Positions 39,709 through 49,126 of a stretch of DNA of 64,000 nt are shown one piece after another; position 1 is the stretch's first letter, and every line of letters begins with the position of its first letter. Position numbers and translations under genes: made by a program. This stretch comes from Pseudomonadota bacterium (GTDB lineage: Bacteria; Bdellovibrionota_B; Oligoflexia; Silvanigrellales; Silvanigrellaceae), in assembly GCA_039799905.1 (NCBI GenBank), contig JBDLRP010000019.1:60830-124829 (forward strand), given 5' to 3'. A model generated the notes under the pieces. That model was not told the DNA's origin. It searched no databases and was given only the letters and a program-made list of their open reading frames with translations.

Positions 39709-42159
39709 ATGTTTCAAGGCCAAGGTCCAAGATTGGTTCCACATCTTCGGGTCATGCAAGACACCAAGGAATTTCCGTTCAAATGTGTTTTGAGCATGGG
39801 GCCGCTGGTGCGTTACTGGGCAGGTTTGGTCGCCTCGCAGGAGCCGACGGTTTCCAAAATCGCATCCGACGTGATGCGTCGGCTTGAACGGGCACCTGAG
39901 CTTGCTCAGCCCATCACCGACTCCAAGGTTGTCCAGACCCACGAGTCACTCATCAAGGTGATGATGAGCATTTTGTGGTCTTCAGGTTTCAAAAATCCAG
40001 AAAGCAGCGGGGCCGTGCTGCCGTTTCATGTGCAGCCCGTCATGGTCTCCGACACTTTCTTTGACGCCTTCTTCGACAAGAACGGCCGCTTTGCCGCAAC
40101 CTGCCAAATTGGTGAGGACGCATGGCTGAATCAGCGCATCAAGCTGGCCTATTCGACAATCCTTCGCCGCCTCTACGGAATCGAAATCGAAATGGGCACA
40201 CGTCCCGTCGTGTTTTCCACGCAAGACAAAAACACAAACCTCAACCGGTTCCATAGCGTCACCATGGAGCCCAGCTTCTGTGATGTTGTGAACGTCGGCG
40301 GTCCGAAGGTTTTGGATGAGAAAATCAAACGCGAACTGCTTGCGGACGTCAACGATGTTGAGAAGTGGCGCGAGTTGCTTCCTGCCAACTGGTTCGAGTT
40401 CCACGGTTTTGCGTTTTACCGCACCAACGACATCACCGATCAAAATGCATTCACCGACATCCAGCGCGCACTCACCGAGCGCGACTCGGTCGAGCCAGGA
40501 GTTCTGCTCGGCAAGGTTGAGGGTGCCATCCGGCAGATTCTCCGCAGACCTCATCTGAGCGTCGGCCTGAGCACAAGTGTCGGCGGACTGCTCTCACGGA
40601 CCCGCTTGAACGGCGGCGCAGAACGCAAGGGCAGCGACGGTGTGACTGTCGAGCGCTACAACCGTGAAGACCTTCAGGGATCACTTTTCGCAATGCAAAA
40701 CGACGTCCTCGAGCGTGCCCGCACCCAGCAGCGCACGTTGGTTTGTCTGGACATCGCCTCGAGCGCCGATCGTTCGAAGATCGAGTCCGACCTGCTCAGT
40801 CAGGGCGCACGTTCACTTGCGGTGTTTCCGTTGTTCTTCGATGATCAGCACATTGGCTTCTTCGATGTGGCGTCACCCAAAAAAGATGACCTCAACGAAA
40901 CAGTTGCCGAGAAAATTTTCGACCTCATGCCGCTTCTGTGTCTTGCCGGCAAGCGCCGCATCGACGATGTGAAGCAGGCCGTGCAGTCGATCATCTCCGA
41001 GCAGTGCACGTCAATCCATCCGACTGTCGAATGGCGCTTTCACGAAGAGGCACAGCTCGCATCCGAGCGCGCCGAAGGCAGCAAATCGCTCGAAATGAAG
41101 AATATCTTCTTCCAAGATGTGTATCCGCTCTATGCACTGAGCACCATCCGCAACTCTGCGGCGCTGCGCTCGAAGGCTGTGCAGGACGACCTCCGCACGC
41201 AAATTGGCCTCGCGCTCGAAGTCTTGCAGATGGCCTACGAAAACCGTCCCATGCCGTTCTTGCGTGAGTTGTGCTTCCGGCTTGAAAAACTCGATGCGCG
41301 TATCAGCGAGCAGCTGACTGCCGGCGACGAGATGGCGGCGAGCAAATTCCTTGCTTCCGAAGTGGAGCCGGTCTTCAACCATGTGCGCGGCTGGAATCTG
41401 AATCTTATTCAGAAGATCAACGCCTACTGGAAGCAGCTCGACGACAAGTCGCGTACTGTTTACCTGCGCCGCCGTGAGTTCGACGCCAGCGTGATGGAAG
41501 TCACTTCAACGCTGTCGAATTATCTCAAGAATCAGCAGGTCAATGCACAAAAGATCTTCCCGCACTATTTTGAAAAGCACTGCAACGAGTCGCTCGAGCA
41601 CACGATCCTTATTGGTCAGTCGCTGGTCAAGGGACGCGAGTTCAACGAGATTTATCTCAAGAACCTTCGCCTCTGGCAGTTGATGGTGATGTGCGGATGC
41701 GCTGCGGAATCGGCGCGCATGAAGCCCAACCTCAAAGTGCCGTTCGACCTCACGCACGTGATTGTCGTGCAGGACACTCCGGTCAACGTGCAGTTCGACT
41801 TCGACGACAAGCAGTTCCACGTCGACGGCGGAGCCGACGGCCGTGGCGAAATGCTCAAGCGCCGTGTCGACCGCGCCGTAATCAAAGGAACTCAGGAGCG
41901 TCTGAGTCAGCCGGGCAAGCTTTCGGTCGTCTTCACTCAGGAGCGTGAGCGGGTTGAGTACATGGAATACTTTACCTTCCTTGCCGCACAGGAATGCCTC
42001 ATGGAGGACGTCGAAGAGTACCTCATCGACGAAGTTCAGGGAGCTCAGGGACTTCGCGCCCTGCGTGTGAGCATCAACTTGAAGGCTCTCCTCGAGCGTG
42101 GTACCGACCTGTATGAGATTATCCACCATACAGGAAAGACAGCGCTCAGGGCGGCATGA
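39709..42159 (+). CDS. GAF domain-containing protein (family I recall mainly from Bacteroidota)
   Basis: Central GAF-like RSLAVFPL..IGFFDVAS; conserved blocks IHPTVEWRF, FPHYFEK, YLKNLRLWQL and ERLSQPGK. Confidence 0.7.
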   Translation: MFQGQGPRLVPHLRVMQDTKEFPFKCVLSMGPLVRYWAGLVASQEPTVSKIASDVMRRLERAPELAQPITDSKVVQTHESLIKVMMSILWSSGFKNPESSGAVLPFHVQPVMVSDTFFDAFFDKNGRFAATCQIGEDAWLNQRIKLAYSTILRRLYGIEIEMGTRPVVFSTQDKNTNLNRFHSVTMEPSFCDVVNVGGPKVLDEKIKRELLADVNDVEKWRELLPANWFEFHGFAFYRTNDITDQNAFTDIQRALTERDSVEPGVLLGKVEGAIRQILRRPHLSVGLSTSVGGLLSRTRLNGGAERKGSDGVTVERYNREDLQGSLFAMQNDVLERARTQQRTLVCLDIASSADRSKIESDLLSQGARSLAVFPLFFDDQHIGFFDVASPKKDDLNETVAEKIFDLMPLLCLAGKRRIDDVKQAVQSIISEQCTSIHPTVEWRFHEEAQLASERAEGSKSLEMKNIFFQDVYPLYALSTIRNSAALRSKAVQDDLRTQIGLALEVLQMAYENRPMPFLRELCFRLEKLDARISEQLTAGDEMAASKFLASEVEPVFNHVRGWNLNLIQKINAYWKQLDDKSRTVYLRRREFDASVMEVTSTLSNYLKNQQVNAQKIFPHYFEKHCNESLEHTILIGQSLVKGREFNEIYLKNLRLWQLMVMCGCAAESARMKPNLKVPFDLTHVIVVQDTPVNVQFDFDDKQFHVDGGADGRGEMLKRRVDRAVIKGTQERLSQPGKLSVVFTQERERVEYMEYFTFLAAQECLMEDVEEYLIDEVQGAQGLRALRVSINLKALLERGTDLYEIIHHTGKTALRAA

Positions 42160-43406
42160 GGAAGAACACTAAAATACTGACATTATTGGCTTTAGTTACA
42201 ACATTGCTGGCATCCGGAGTGGCAACTCAGGGATGCCAGCAATGGTTGCGTGTGGGCTTTAAGGCATCGGCCCCCGTCGACAACGACCAAGGTGCCCAGC
42301 GCAAGGTTCGCAAGCGCCGCCTCACCTCGGGTGTGGAAATGCGTGGGGTTTGGGTCAGCAACGTCGACTCAAAGGTGATGGAATCCTACGGCAACATGGA
42401 ATCCCTTGCGGCGCGCATCTCGCAGCTGAACATGAACGCGCTCTATCCGGTCGTGTGGAACAAGGGTGAAACCTTCTTTATCAGCGATGTGATGGCCCGC
42501 TATGGCGCACCCAAAATCTCGCAGCGATATGGCCTTGCCAACGGCAAGCGCGACCCAATGATCGACTGGATAGCTCTTGGCAATCAGTATGATTTGGACA
42601 TCGTTCCGTGGTTCGAGTGGGGCGTTAAGATTCCCGCCAACTCTCCTTTGGCGGCAAAGCACCCCGAGTGGCTCTCGCGCGACAACAGCGGAAAGGTCAG
42701 CTTCGACCAAGACGGCACAGCAACATCTTATCTGAACTTCATGCATCCCGACGTACAACGCTTCTACGAAGAGTTGATGGTCGAATTTGTGAGCAAATAC
42801 GAAGTTCCGGCCATCCAGTTCGACGACCACCTGTCGCTCAAGAACAGCTTTGGATACGACGACTTCACACTCAATCTGTACAAGAGCGAAACAGGGCGCA
42901 GTGCGCGTCCGGCTCCCGCGGCCGCAGAGTGGCTCGCATGGCGTGCCGACAAGCTCACCCAGTTCGTTGCGCGCATCTCACGCGCCATCAAGGCTGCGCG
43001 TCCGGGAATAAAGCTTTCCGTTTCTCCCAATCCGTATCCTTGGTCCTATGACAACTATGTTCAGGATTGGCCAGCGTGGGTTGAAGCCGGCTTGGTCGAT
43101 GAAGTGGTGGTGCAGGTCTACCGCGACTCAATGGCGCGCTTCAAAGGCGAGCTCGACAGTCCTGTGCTGGATAAGGTCAAGGGCAAGGCAAGCCTGATCA
43201 TTGGCGTCCTGTCGGGATTGAAGCCCGAGCCGATGCCAATCGAAATGGTCCGCGCTCAAACTGCCATGGTCCGCGATTTTGGTTACAATGGGGTTGTGTA
43301 TTTCTTTCAGGAATCGCTCCTGCAATTCACAGCCAGCGGAGAAACCATTGAATCGCGACTCAACGTCATCAAGCAAATGTTCCCTTCTCCCACGCGCACG
43401 CCATAA
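42156..43406 (+). CDS. glycoside hydrolase-like 10 (GHL10, YddW/DigH-like)
   Basis: EMRGVWV, LYPVVWNKG, PWFEWG, HPEW, QFDDH and QDWPAW motifs; signal peptide. Confidence 0.88.
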   Translation: MRKNTKILTLLALVTTLLASGVATQGCQQWLRVGFKASAPVDNDQGAQRKVRKRRLTSGVEMRGVWVSNVDSKVMESYGNMESLAARISQLNMNALYPVVWNKGETFFISDVMARYGAPKISQRYGLANGKRDPMIDWIALGNQYDLDIVPWFEWGVKIPANSPLAAKHPEWLSRDNSGKVSFDQDGTATSYLNFMHPDVQRFYEELMVEFVSKYEVPAIQFDDHLSLKNSFGYDDFTLNLYKSETGRSARPAPAAAEWLAWRADKLTQFVARISRAIKAARPGIKLSVSPNPYPWSYDNYVQDWPAWVEAGLVDEVVVQVYRDSMARFKGELDSPVLDKVKGKASLIIGVLSGLKPEPMPIEMVRAQTAMVRDFGYNGVVYFFQESLLQFTASGETIESRLNVIKQMFPSPTRTP

Positions 43407-44538
43407 TTCTGCGGGCAGCGACGCTGCGGCCGCCCTGCGGATCCTGAGCGTTTCGTTGTCTGCACTTCTCGTTAGCGGTTGCTACACTCTCACTCAGGGT
43501 ATTGAGCAGGCCAAACTCATTTCGCGCCGCAAGCCTGTTGCCGAAGTCCTCCGTGACAGCGACGACAAACCCGATCGGCTCGCAAAACTTCGTCTGGTGC
43601 CAGAGGTGCTCCAATTCGCCCAAGCGCGCATCGGCCTCACGCCGGGTTCAAGTTACCAAACCTACATCTCTCTCGATCGCCCCGCACTCAGTTACGTTGT
43701 TCAGGCGGCAGAAAAACGCAGACTCAAGTTGAAGACTTGGTGGTTTCCGGTGGTCGGCGCACAGCCTTATCTCGGGTTTTTCGACCGCCAGAAGGCCGTC
43801 GACTTCCAGAAAAAGTTGGTTGAAGAAGGTTACGACACCTCGATGGGAGGTGTTCAGGCGTTTTCGCTGCTGGGTTATTTTCCCGACCCCATTTATTCGA
43901 GCATGCTTGATGGCAACGATGAACTGGCGTTTGTCGAATTGCTTTTCCACGAAACGGTGCACCGCACGGTTTATTTGCCGGATGCGTACACATTCAATGA
44001 AAATCTTGCTGAGTTCGTCGCCCGTCACGCAACACTCCTGTTCATGCGCGAGCGCGGCGAACTGCTCACTGCGAACACTGCCGGAGTTGCAGCGAATGCC
44101 GCCCAGACGGCCGAGGCTTATGAACTCAAACATGCGCGCATGCAGACGGCACGGACTGCCTTTGGTGAATTTTTAAATATCGCCCGCCGCGAACTCGGCG
44201 AATTCTACGACAAGCCTGAAGTTCAGCGGCTCGACCTGCCGGCATTTCTGAGCGCGCGGGATGAAAAAGTTGCAGCGCTGAACGAACGTTTTCAAAAAGA
44301 ATACGGGGAGCGCATTAAAGAAACACACTATGCGCGCTTCTTTCAGCCCGCGCGTTTCAATAACGCAACTTTATTGGGCGCCTCTATTTACGAGGCCCGC
44401 CAAGAACCTTTCGCACAGCTGCTTGAAAGATGCAGTGCTGATTTGGCAAAATTCATGCAAGCTATCAAAAAGTGTGTGGGTGATGTGAGGGGCTCGGAGC
44501 AGGACGTCTGGCCCGCGGTTGAAAAATGCGGAGGATAA
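43348..44538 (+). CDS. putative zinc aminopeptidase lipoprotein
   Basis: LVSGC lipobox; WWFPVVG..PYLGFF; HETVH..FNENLAEF. Start uncertain (TTG 43348 after GGAG). Confidence 0.85.
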   Translation: MNRDSTSSSKCSLLPRARHNSAGSDAAAALRILSVSLSALLVSGCYTLTQGIEQAKLISRRKPVAEVLRDSDDKPDRLAKLRLVPEVLQFAQARIGLTPGSSYQTYISLDRPALSYVVQAAEKRRLKLKTWWFPVVGAQPYLGFFDRQKAVDFQKKLVEEGYDTSMGGVQAFSLLGYFPDPIYSSMLDGNDELAFVELLFHETVHRTVYLPDAYTFNENLAEFVARHATLLFMRERGELLTANTAGVAANAAQTAEAYELKHARMQTARTAFGEFLNIARRELGEFYDKPEVQRLDLPAFLSARDEKVAALNERFQKEYGERIKETHYARFFQPARFNNATLLGASIYEARQEPFAQLLERCSADLAKFMQAIKKCVGDVRGSEQDVWPAVEKCGG

Positions 44539-44544
44539 CAGACG

Positions 44545-45159
44545 ATGGGCGTGGATGATGTGAAGAGTTCTCAGGTACCCACAGAAGGTGCCGGACAATC
44601 AGCACCCGCGTCGCAGCAATCCGGACCCCGCCGGCCTTATCTGCCGTGGTGGAAACGCACCTACATGGTCAACCGCGAGCTCCAGCTGAAGTTCGCCGGA
44701 AGTGCGTTGGTCATGGGGCTCATTTGCACGATTTCATCGATCGGCATCCTCATGCTGTCCTTCTATAGCTTCGGTATCTGGCAGGGGCAGCGTCTGCCGT
44801 TTCCTGTGCTTATTGCGATTGCGTTTGCTTTGTTTGTGAATCTTGCGGGCATCATGCTCGCAAGTATTTTGTCGACCCAGCGCATCGTTGGTCCGCTGTT
44901 CAACTTGCTCAAGCAGTTTCAGCGTGTCTCGCGCGGCGATTTCAAGGCTCATGCCAAGTTCAGAACCTCCGACGAAATTCACTATGTGGCCCGTCGCTTC
45001 AATGAAATGCTGCAGCGTCTTGATGAGCGTGAAAACGAAATTTTTGGGTTCATCGATGAAGCGGCAGAAGCTCTCGAAAGCCGTGATGCCGACAAGGCTC
45101 AGGAAGCCATCCGGCAGGCTCGCAATTTGCGCAGCCGTGGTTTAGCGTCCAGCGACTGA
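44545..45159 (+). CDS. two-TM HAMP-domain membrane protein without output domain
   Basis: Two TMs, then RIVGPL..GDF..RTSDEI..VARRFNEM. Confidence 0.8.
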   Translation: MGVDDVKSSQVPTEGAGQSAPASQQSGPRRPYLPWWKRTYMVNRELQLKFAGSALVMGLICTISSIGILMLSFYSFGIWQGQRLPFPVLIAIAFALFVNLAGIMLASILSTQRIVGPLFNLLKQFQRVSRGDFKAHAKFRTSDEIHYVARRFNEMLQRLDERENEIFGFIDEAAEALESRDADKAQEAIRQARNLRSRGLASSD

Positions 45160-45216
45160 CCTCCGCCGCCGTCACGACTCTTTTTTCCCGCGGAGTGCAT
45201 TTCGCAGGATTCCCTT

Positions 45217-46167
45217 ATGACTCTCTTTGCCAATCTCCCTGCCGATATCCGCGAGCGCATTCTGGCGCGTGCGCGCGGCAAACGCATCGTTTTTCCGGAA
45301 GCTGCCGATGCACGCGTTCAGACTGCTGCACAAATGCTGTTGCGCGATGCCTGTGTTACCTCAGTGTTGCTATCAGAAAAAGAGCTTCCGCGGCTCTTGC
45401 AACAGACGCAGGATGTTATTGAAAGGCGTGCGCAACAGCGTGGAAAAAAGATCACTGCTGAGTTGCTCGCATCTGCAAGTGATCCATTCTACGCCGCCGG
45501 TGCCATGCTCGAACTCGGCCACGCGGACGCGGCTGTCGGTGGCGCTGTGGCAACCACTGCGCACGTCATCCGCGCGGCTTTGTCGACCATCGGCTCCAAT
45601 CCGCAGGCTCCGCTTGTGACCTCGTGTTTTCTTTTCAAGCTGCGCGAGCCCACCTCCGGAGGCGAAGAAGTTGTCCTGTATGCCGATGCCGGTGTTGTTC
45701 CGCAGCCCGACGCCGCTCAGTTGGTGCATATCGCCGCGTTGTCTGCGCAGGGCTTTTCCGGCTGGACGGGTCGCGAGGCGCGCGTTGCATTTTTGAGTTT
45801 TTCGACAAACGGCAGCGCGCAACATGCAGACGTTGAAAAAGTACGCGCGGCATCGGCCGCATTCGCGGCAGCCCATCCGCACATCCCCAGCGAAGGTGAA
45901 TTGCAATTCGACGCCGCAACGGTTCCTGAAGTTGCTCTGCGCAAGAATCCACACTCGCGCCTTGCCGGTTCTGCCAACGTGTTTGTTTTTCCCGACCTGG
46001 ATGCCGGTAATATCGCCTACAAGGTCACCCAGCGCCTTGCCGGTGCCGAGGCGTGGGGGCCGCTTTTACTGGGCACTGCCAAGCCATACTCCGACCTCTC
46101 GCGCGGGGCATCTGCCTTGGATATCGCTCATGTGGCTCTGCTGACCCTCGCCATGGCCTCCTCCTGA
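45217..46167 (+). CDS. pta: phosphate acetyl/butyryltransferase (short form)
   Basis: RIVFPE, LSFSTNGS, GELQFDAA, FPDLDAGNIAYK and DLSRG motifs. Confidence 0.9.
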   Translation: MTLFANLPADIRERILARARGKRIVFPEAADARVQTAAQMLLRDACVTSVLLSEKELPRLLQQTQDVIERRAQQRGKKITAELLASASDPFYAAGAMLELGHADAAVGGAVATTAHVIRAALSTIGSNPQAPLVTSCFLFKLREPTSGGEEVVLYADAGVVPQPDAAQLVHIAALSAQGFSGWTGREARVAFLSFSTNGSAQHADVEKVRAASAAFAAAHPHIPSEGELQFDAATVPEVALRKNPHSRLAGSANVFVFPDLDAGNIAYKVTQRLAGAEAWGPLLLGTAKPYSDLSRGASALDIAHVALLTLAMASS

Positions 46168-46279
46168 ACCCACTTTCAAGTTGACTGGCCGGCAAATCTT
46201 CAGTCCTTGCGGTATTTTCCGTTTCGTGTACTTTTGCGAATCGTTCAAAGAACACTTATCCCGCAAGGAGAGCATTATT

Positions 46280-47383
46280 ATGAGCAATGTGTTCACACAC
46301 GTGGAAACTTTGGGTCATGAACAAATCGTTTATTGCAACGATCCGCAGTCGGGTCTGCGTGCCATCATCGGCATCCACGACACCAACCTCGGACCAGCTC
46401 TCGGCGGAACCCGTCTGTGGCACTACACCTCTGAAGAAGACGCCCTGCGCGATGTTCTTCGCCTGAGCCGCGGCATGACCTACAAGGCAGCCTGCGCCGG
46501 TTTGGCTCTGGGTGGCGGCAAGGCCGTCATCATCGCGCGCCCCGAACAAAAGAATGAAGCCATGTTCCGCGCTTTCGGACGCTTTGTGAACTCACTTCAG
46601 GGCCGCTACATCACCGCTGAAGACGTAAACACAAACGTCACCGACATGAACTTCGTCCGTCTCGAAACCAAGTTCGTGACTGGCGTCGCACCTGCATTGG
46701 GTGGCTCGGGCGATCCCAGCCCCGTCACAGCTCTGGGTGTCTTCGCGGGCCTCAAGGCTGCTGTTGAAGTTCGCATGGGCCGTAAAGATCTCAAAGGTCT
46801 GCGGGTGGCTGTTCAGGGCGTCGGCAATGTCGGCAAGTACCTGTGCCAATATCTTCACGAAGAAGGCGCCAAACTGTTTGTGAATGACATCAACGCCGAA
46901 CGCGTTCAGGAAATGGTCAGCAAGTATCAGGCGACTGCCGTCACCGACAACGAGCTTTATGCGTTGGACATGGACGTGTTCGCTCCGTGCGCGCTGGGTG
47001 CCATCCTCAACTCCAAAACTATTCCGCAGCTCAAGGCGCAAATCATCGCCGGCGGCGCCAACAACCAGCTTGAAGACGAAAAAATCCACGGCAAGATGCT
47101 GCAGGACAAAAAGATCGTTTACTGCCCTGACTATGTGATCAACGCAGGCGGTCTTATCAACGTCTACAACGAGCTCATCGGCTACAACCGCGAGAAAGCT
47201 CTGAGTGAAGCGCGCCATATTGGCACCACTGTGCTGCAGATTCTCAAAATCGCAGACCGCGACGGCATCACTACGCACGAAGCATCGCAGCGCTACGCTG
47301 AAAACCGCATCCAGTCGGTACGCAACCTCAAGGCCATGCACAACGTTGCAAGCTCGGCTGTGGGTCGTATGATGCACCCCTAA
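46280..47383 (+). CDS. Glu/Leu/Phe/Val dehydrogenase (leucine dehydrogenase-like)
   Basis: GPALGGTR, GMTYK, GGGKAVI, TAEDV, QGVGNVG and NAGG motifs; AAGGAG RBS. Confidence 0.95.
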   Translation: MSNVFTHVETLGHEQIVYCNDPQSGLRAIIGIHDTNLGPALGGTRLWHYTSEEDALRDVLRLSRGMTYKAACAGLALGGGKAVIIARPEQKNEAMFRAFGRFVNSLQGRYITAEDVNTNVTDMNFVRLETKFVTGVAPALGGSGDPSPVTALGVFAGLKAAVEVRMGRKDLKGLRVAVQGVGNVGKYLCQYLHEEGAKLFVNDINAERVQEMVSKYQATAVTDNELYALDMDVFAPCALGAILNSKTIPQLKAQIIAGGANNQLEDEKIHGKMLQDKKIVYCPDYVINAGGLINVYNELIGYNREKALSEARHIGTTVLQILKIADRDGITTHEASQRYAENRIQSVRNLKAMHNVASSAVGRMMHP

Positions 47384-47399
47384 TCAACAGGGGATCATC

Positions 47400-47882
47400 G
47401 TGGGTGCAGCGCAACCGAAGTATTGGTTGATGAAAACAGAACCGGACGTCTTCAGTCTTGAGGATCTCGTCCGGCGTCCGCAGCAGAGTGAGCTGTGGGA
47501 CGGAGTTCGAAATTATCAGGCACGCAACTTTATGCTGAACGACATGAAGGTGGGTGACCTGATTCTTTTTTATCACTCCAATGCCGACCCCTCGGGAATC
47601 GCCGGAGTGGCCGAAATCGTAGCGCCGGCGCAACCCGATCCGTCGGCATGGGACAGCAAGTCCGAGTATTTTGATGCGAAGTCGACGCCCGAAAATCCGC
47701 GCTGGTTTTGTGTGACCGTGGGTCGCCCAAAGCCTTTTCGCCGGTTCGTGGCTCTCGACGAACTCCGGCAGCACGCCGAGCTCAAGGATATGCTGGTGCT
47801 GCGCAAAGGCCAGCGCCTGTCCATTCAACCTGTGCAGCCCAGTGAATTTGAATTTGTCGTCACCTTGGGAATGAAATCCTGA
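47400..47882 (+). CDS. EVE domain protein
   Basis: YWLMKTEP, WDGVRNYQARN, FYHS and RLSIQPV motifs. Confidence 0.95.
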   Translation: MGAAQPKYWLMKTEPDVFSLEDLVRRPQQSELWDGVRNYQARNFMLNDMKVGDLILFYHSNADPSGIAGVAEIVAPAQPDPSAWDSKSEYFDAKSTPENPRWFCVTVGRPKPFRRFVALDELRQHAELKDMLVLRKGQRLSIQPVQPSEFEFVVTLGMKS

Positions 47883-47906
47883 ATTAATTTTTCGAAGGAG
47901 TGAACC

Positions 47907-49088
47907 ATGTCGAATGTTTATATCGTTGCAGCCAAGCGGACTCCCGTCGGGCGTTTTCAAGGTGCCCTGAAGGGGCTGAGTGCGGCACGTTTGGGTGCTG
48001 TGGCAGTGAAGGCGGCCGTCGCTGAATCCAAGGTTCCGCTGGAAGCCATCAACGAAATTCTCATGGGTGAAGTTCTTACAGCCGGTGTTGGTCAGGCGCC
48101 GGCGCGTCAGGCGGCTCTGTATGCTGGACTTCCTCAGAGCGTACAGGCGCTCACGGTTGGCAAGGTGTGCGGCAGCGGCCTCAAGAGTGTCATGCTCGCC
48201 ACACAGGCGCTGCGCCTGAACGATATCGAAATCGCCATCGCAGGTGGTCAGGAAAGCATGAGCAATGCGCCATATCTTTTGCAGGCAGCGCGCGACGGAT
48301 TCCGCATGGGTCACAAGGAAGTCACCGATTCGATGATCTTCGACGGCCTTTGGGATCCCTATAACAACATGCACATGGGGCTTTGTGCGGAAACCTGCGC
48401 GCGTGAGTTTTCCATCTCGCGTGCCGAGCAGGATGCATTCGCGGCTGAAAGCTACACACGCGCGCGCAAAGCGGTGGAAACAGGCGCGTTCAAAAACGAA
48501 ATTGCAGCTGTTGAAGTTCCTGCCGGAAAAGGAACGGCGATGGTCGACACAGACGAAGAGCCCAATGCGTCTGACCTCAGCAAGATGCCAACTCTGCGCG
48601 CGGCCTTCGACAAAGAAGGCACGATTACGGCAGCCAACGCATCAAAAATCAACGACGGTGCTGCAGCTCTTGTGCTTGCTTCCGAAGCGGCCGTGAAAAA
48701 ATACAATCTCAAACCCATCGCGCGCATTGCCGGATACGCAACCCATGCGCAGGATCCCAAGTGGTTCACCACAGCTCCCGTCAACGCAATCGAGCGGGCT
48801 GCTGCTGCGGCGCAGGTGTCTTTGAATGACATTGATCTGTTTGAAATCAACGAAGCGTTTGCTCTCGTCACACTTGCGGCGATGAAGAAACTGAGCATTC
48901 CGCACGACAAGGTGAATGTGAACGGCGGAGCCGTCGCCATCGGTCATCCGATTGGTGCAAGCGGCGCACGCATCCTCACCACACTGGTGCACGCATTGCA
49001 GGCGCGCAATCTGCAACGCGGTCTTGCGACGTTGTGTATCGGTGGTGGAGAGGCCGTCGCACTTGTCATTGATCGCCAAGGGTGTTGA
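47907..49088 (+). CDS. acetyl-CoA C-acetyltransferase (thiolase)
   Basis: KVCGSG, NEAF, GHPIGASG and CIGGG motifs. Confidence 0.97.
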   Translation: MSNVYIVAAKRTPVGRFQGALKGLSAARLGAVAVKAAVAESKVPLEAINEILMGEVLTAGVGQAPARQAALYAGLPQSVQALTVGKVCGSGLKSVMLATQALRLNDIEIAIAGGQESMSNAPYLLQAARDGFRMGHKEVTDSMIFDGLWDPYNNMHMGLCAETCAREFSISRAEQDAFAAESYTRARKAVETGAFKNEIAAVEVPAGKGTAMVDTDEEPNASDLSKMPTLRAAFDKEGTITAANASKINDGAAALVLASEAAVKKYNLKPIARIAGYATHAQDPKWFTTAPVNAIERAAAAAQVSLNDIDLFEINEAFALVTLAAMKKLSIPHDKVNVNGGAVAIGHPIGASGARILTTLVHALQARNLQRGLATLCIGGGEAVALVIDRQGC

Positions 49089-49119
49089 AATGACCCCCTG
49101 AGCATTTCATCAGGGGGAG
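49086..49119 (+). promoter_or_regulatory. RBS-sequestering hairpin with an alternative stem
   Basis: CCCCCTGA (49094-49101) pairs with TCAGGGGG (49110-49117). TGAAATG (49086-49092) pairs with CATTTCA (49103-49109). Confidence 0.5.
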
Positions 49120-49126
49120 ACAGCCA

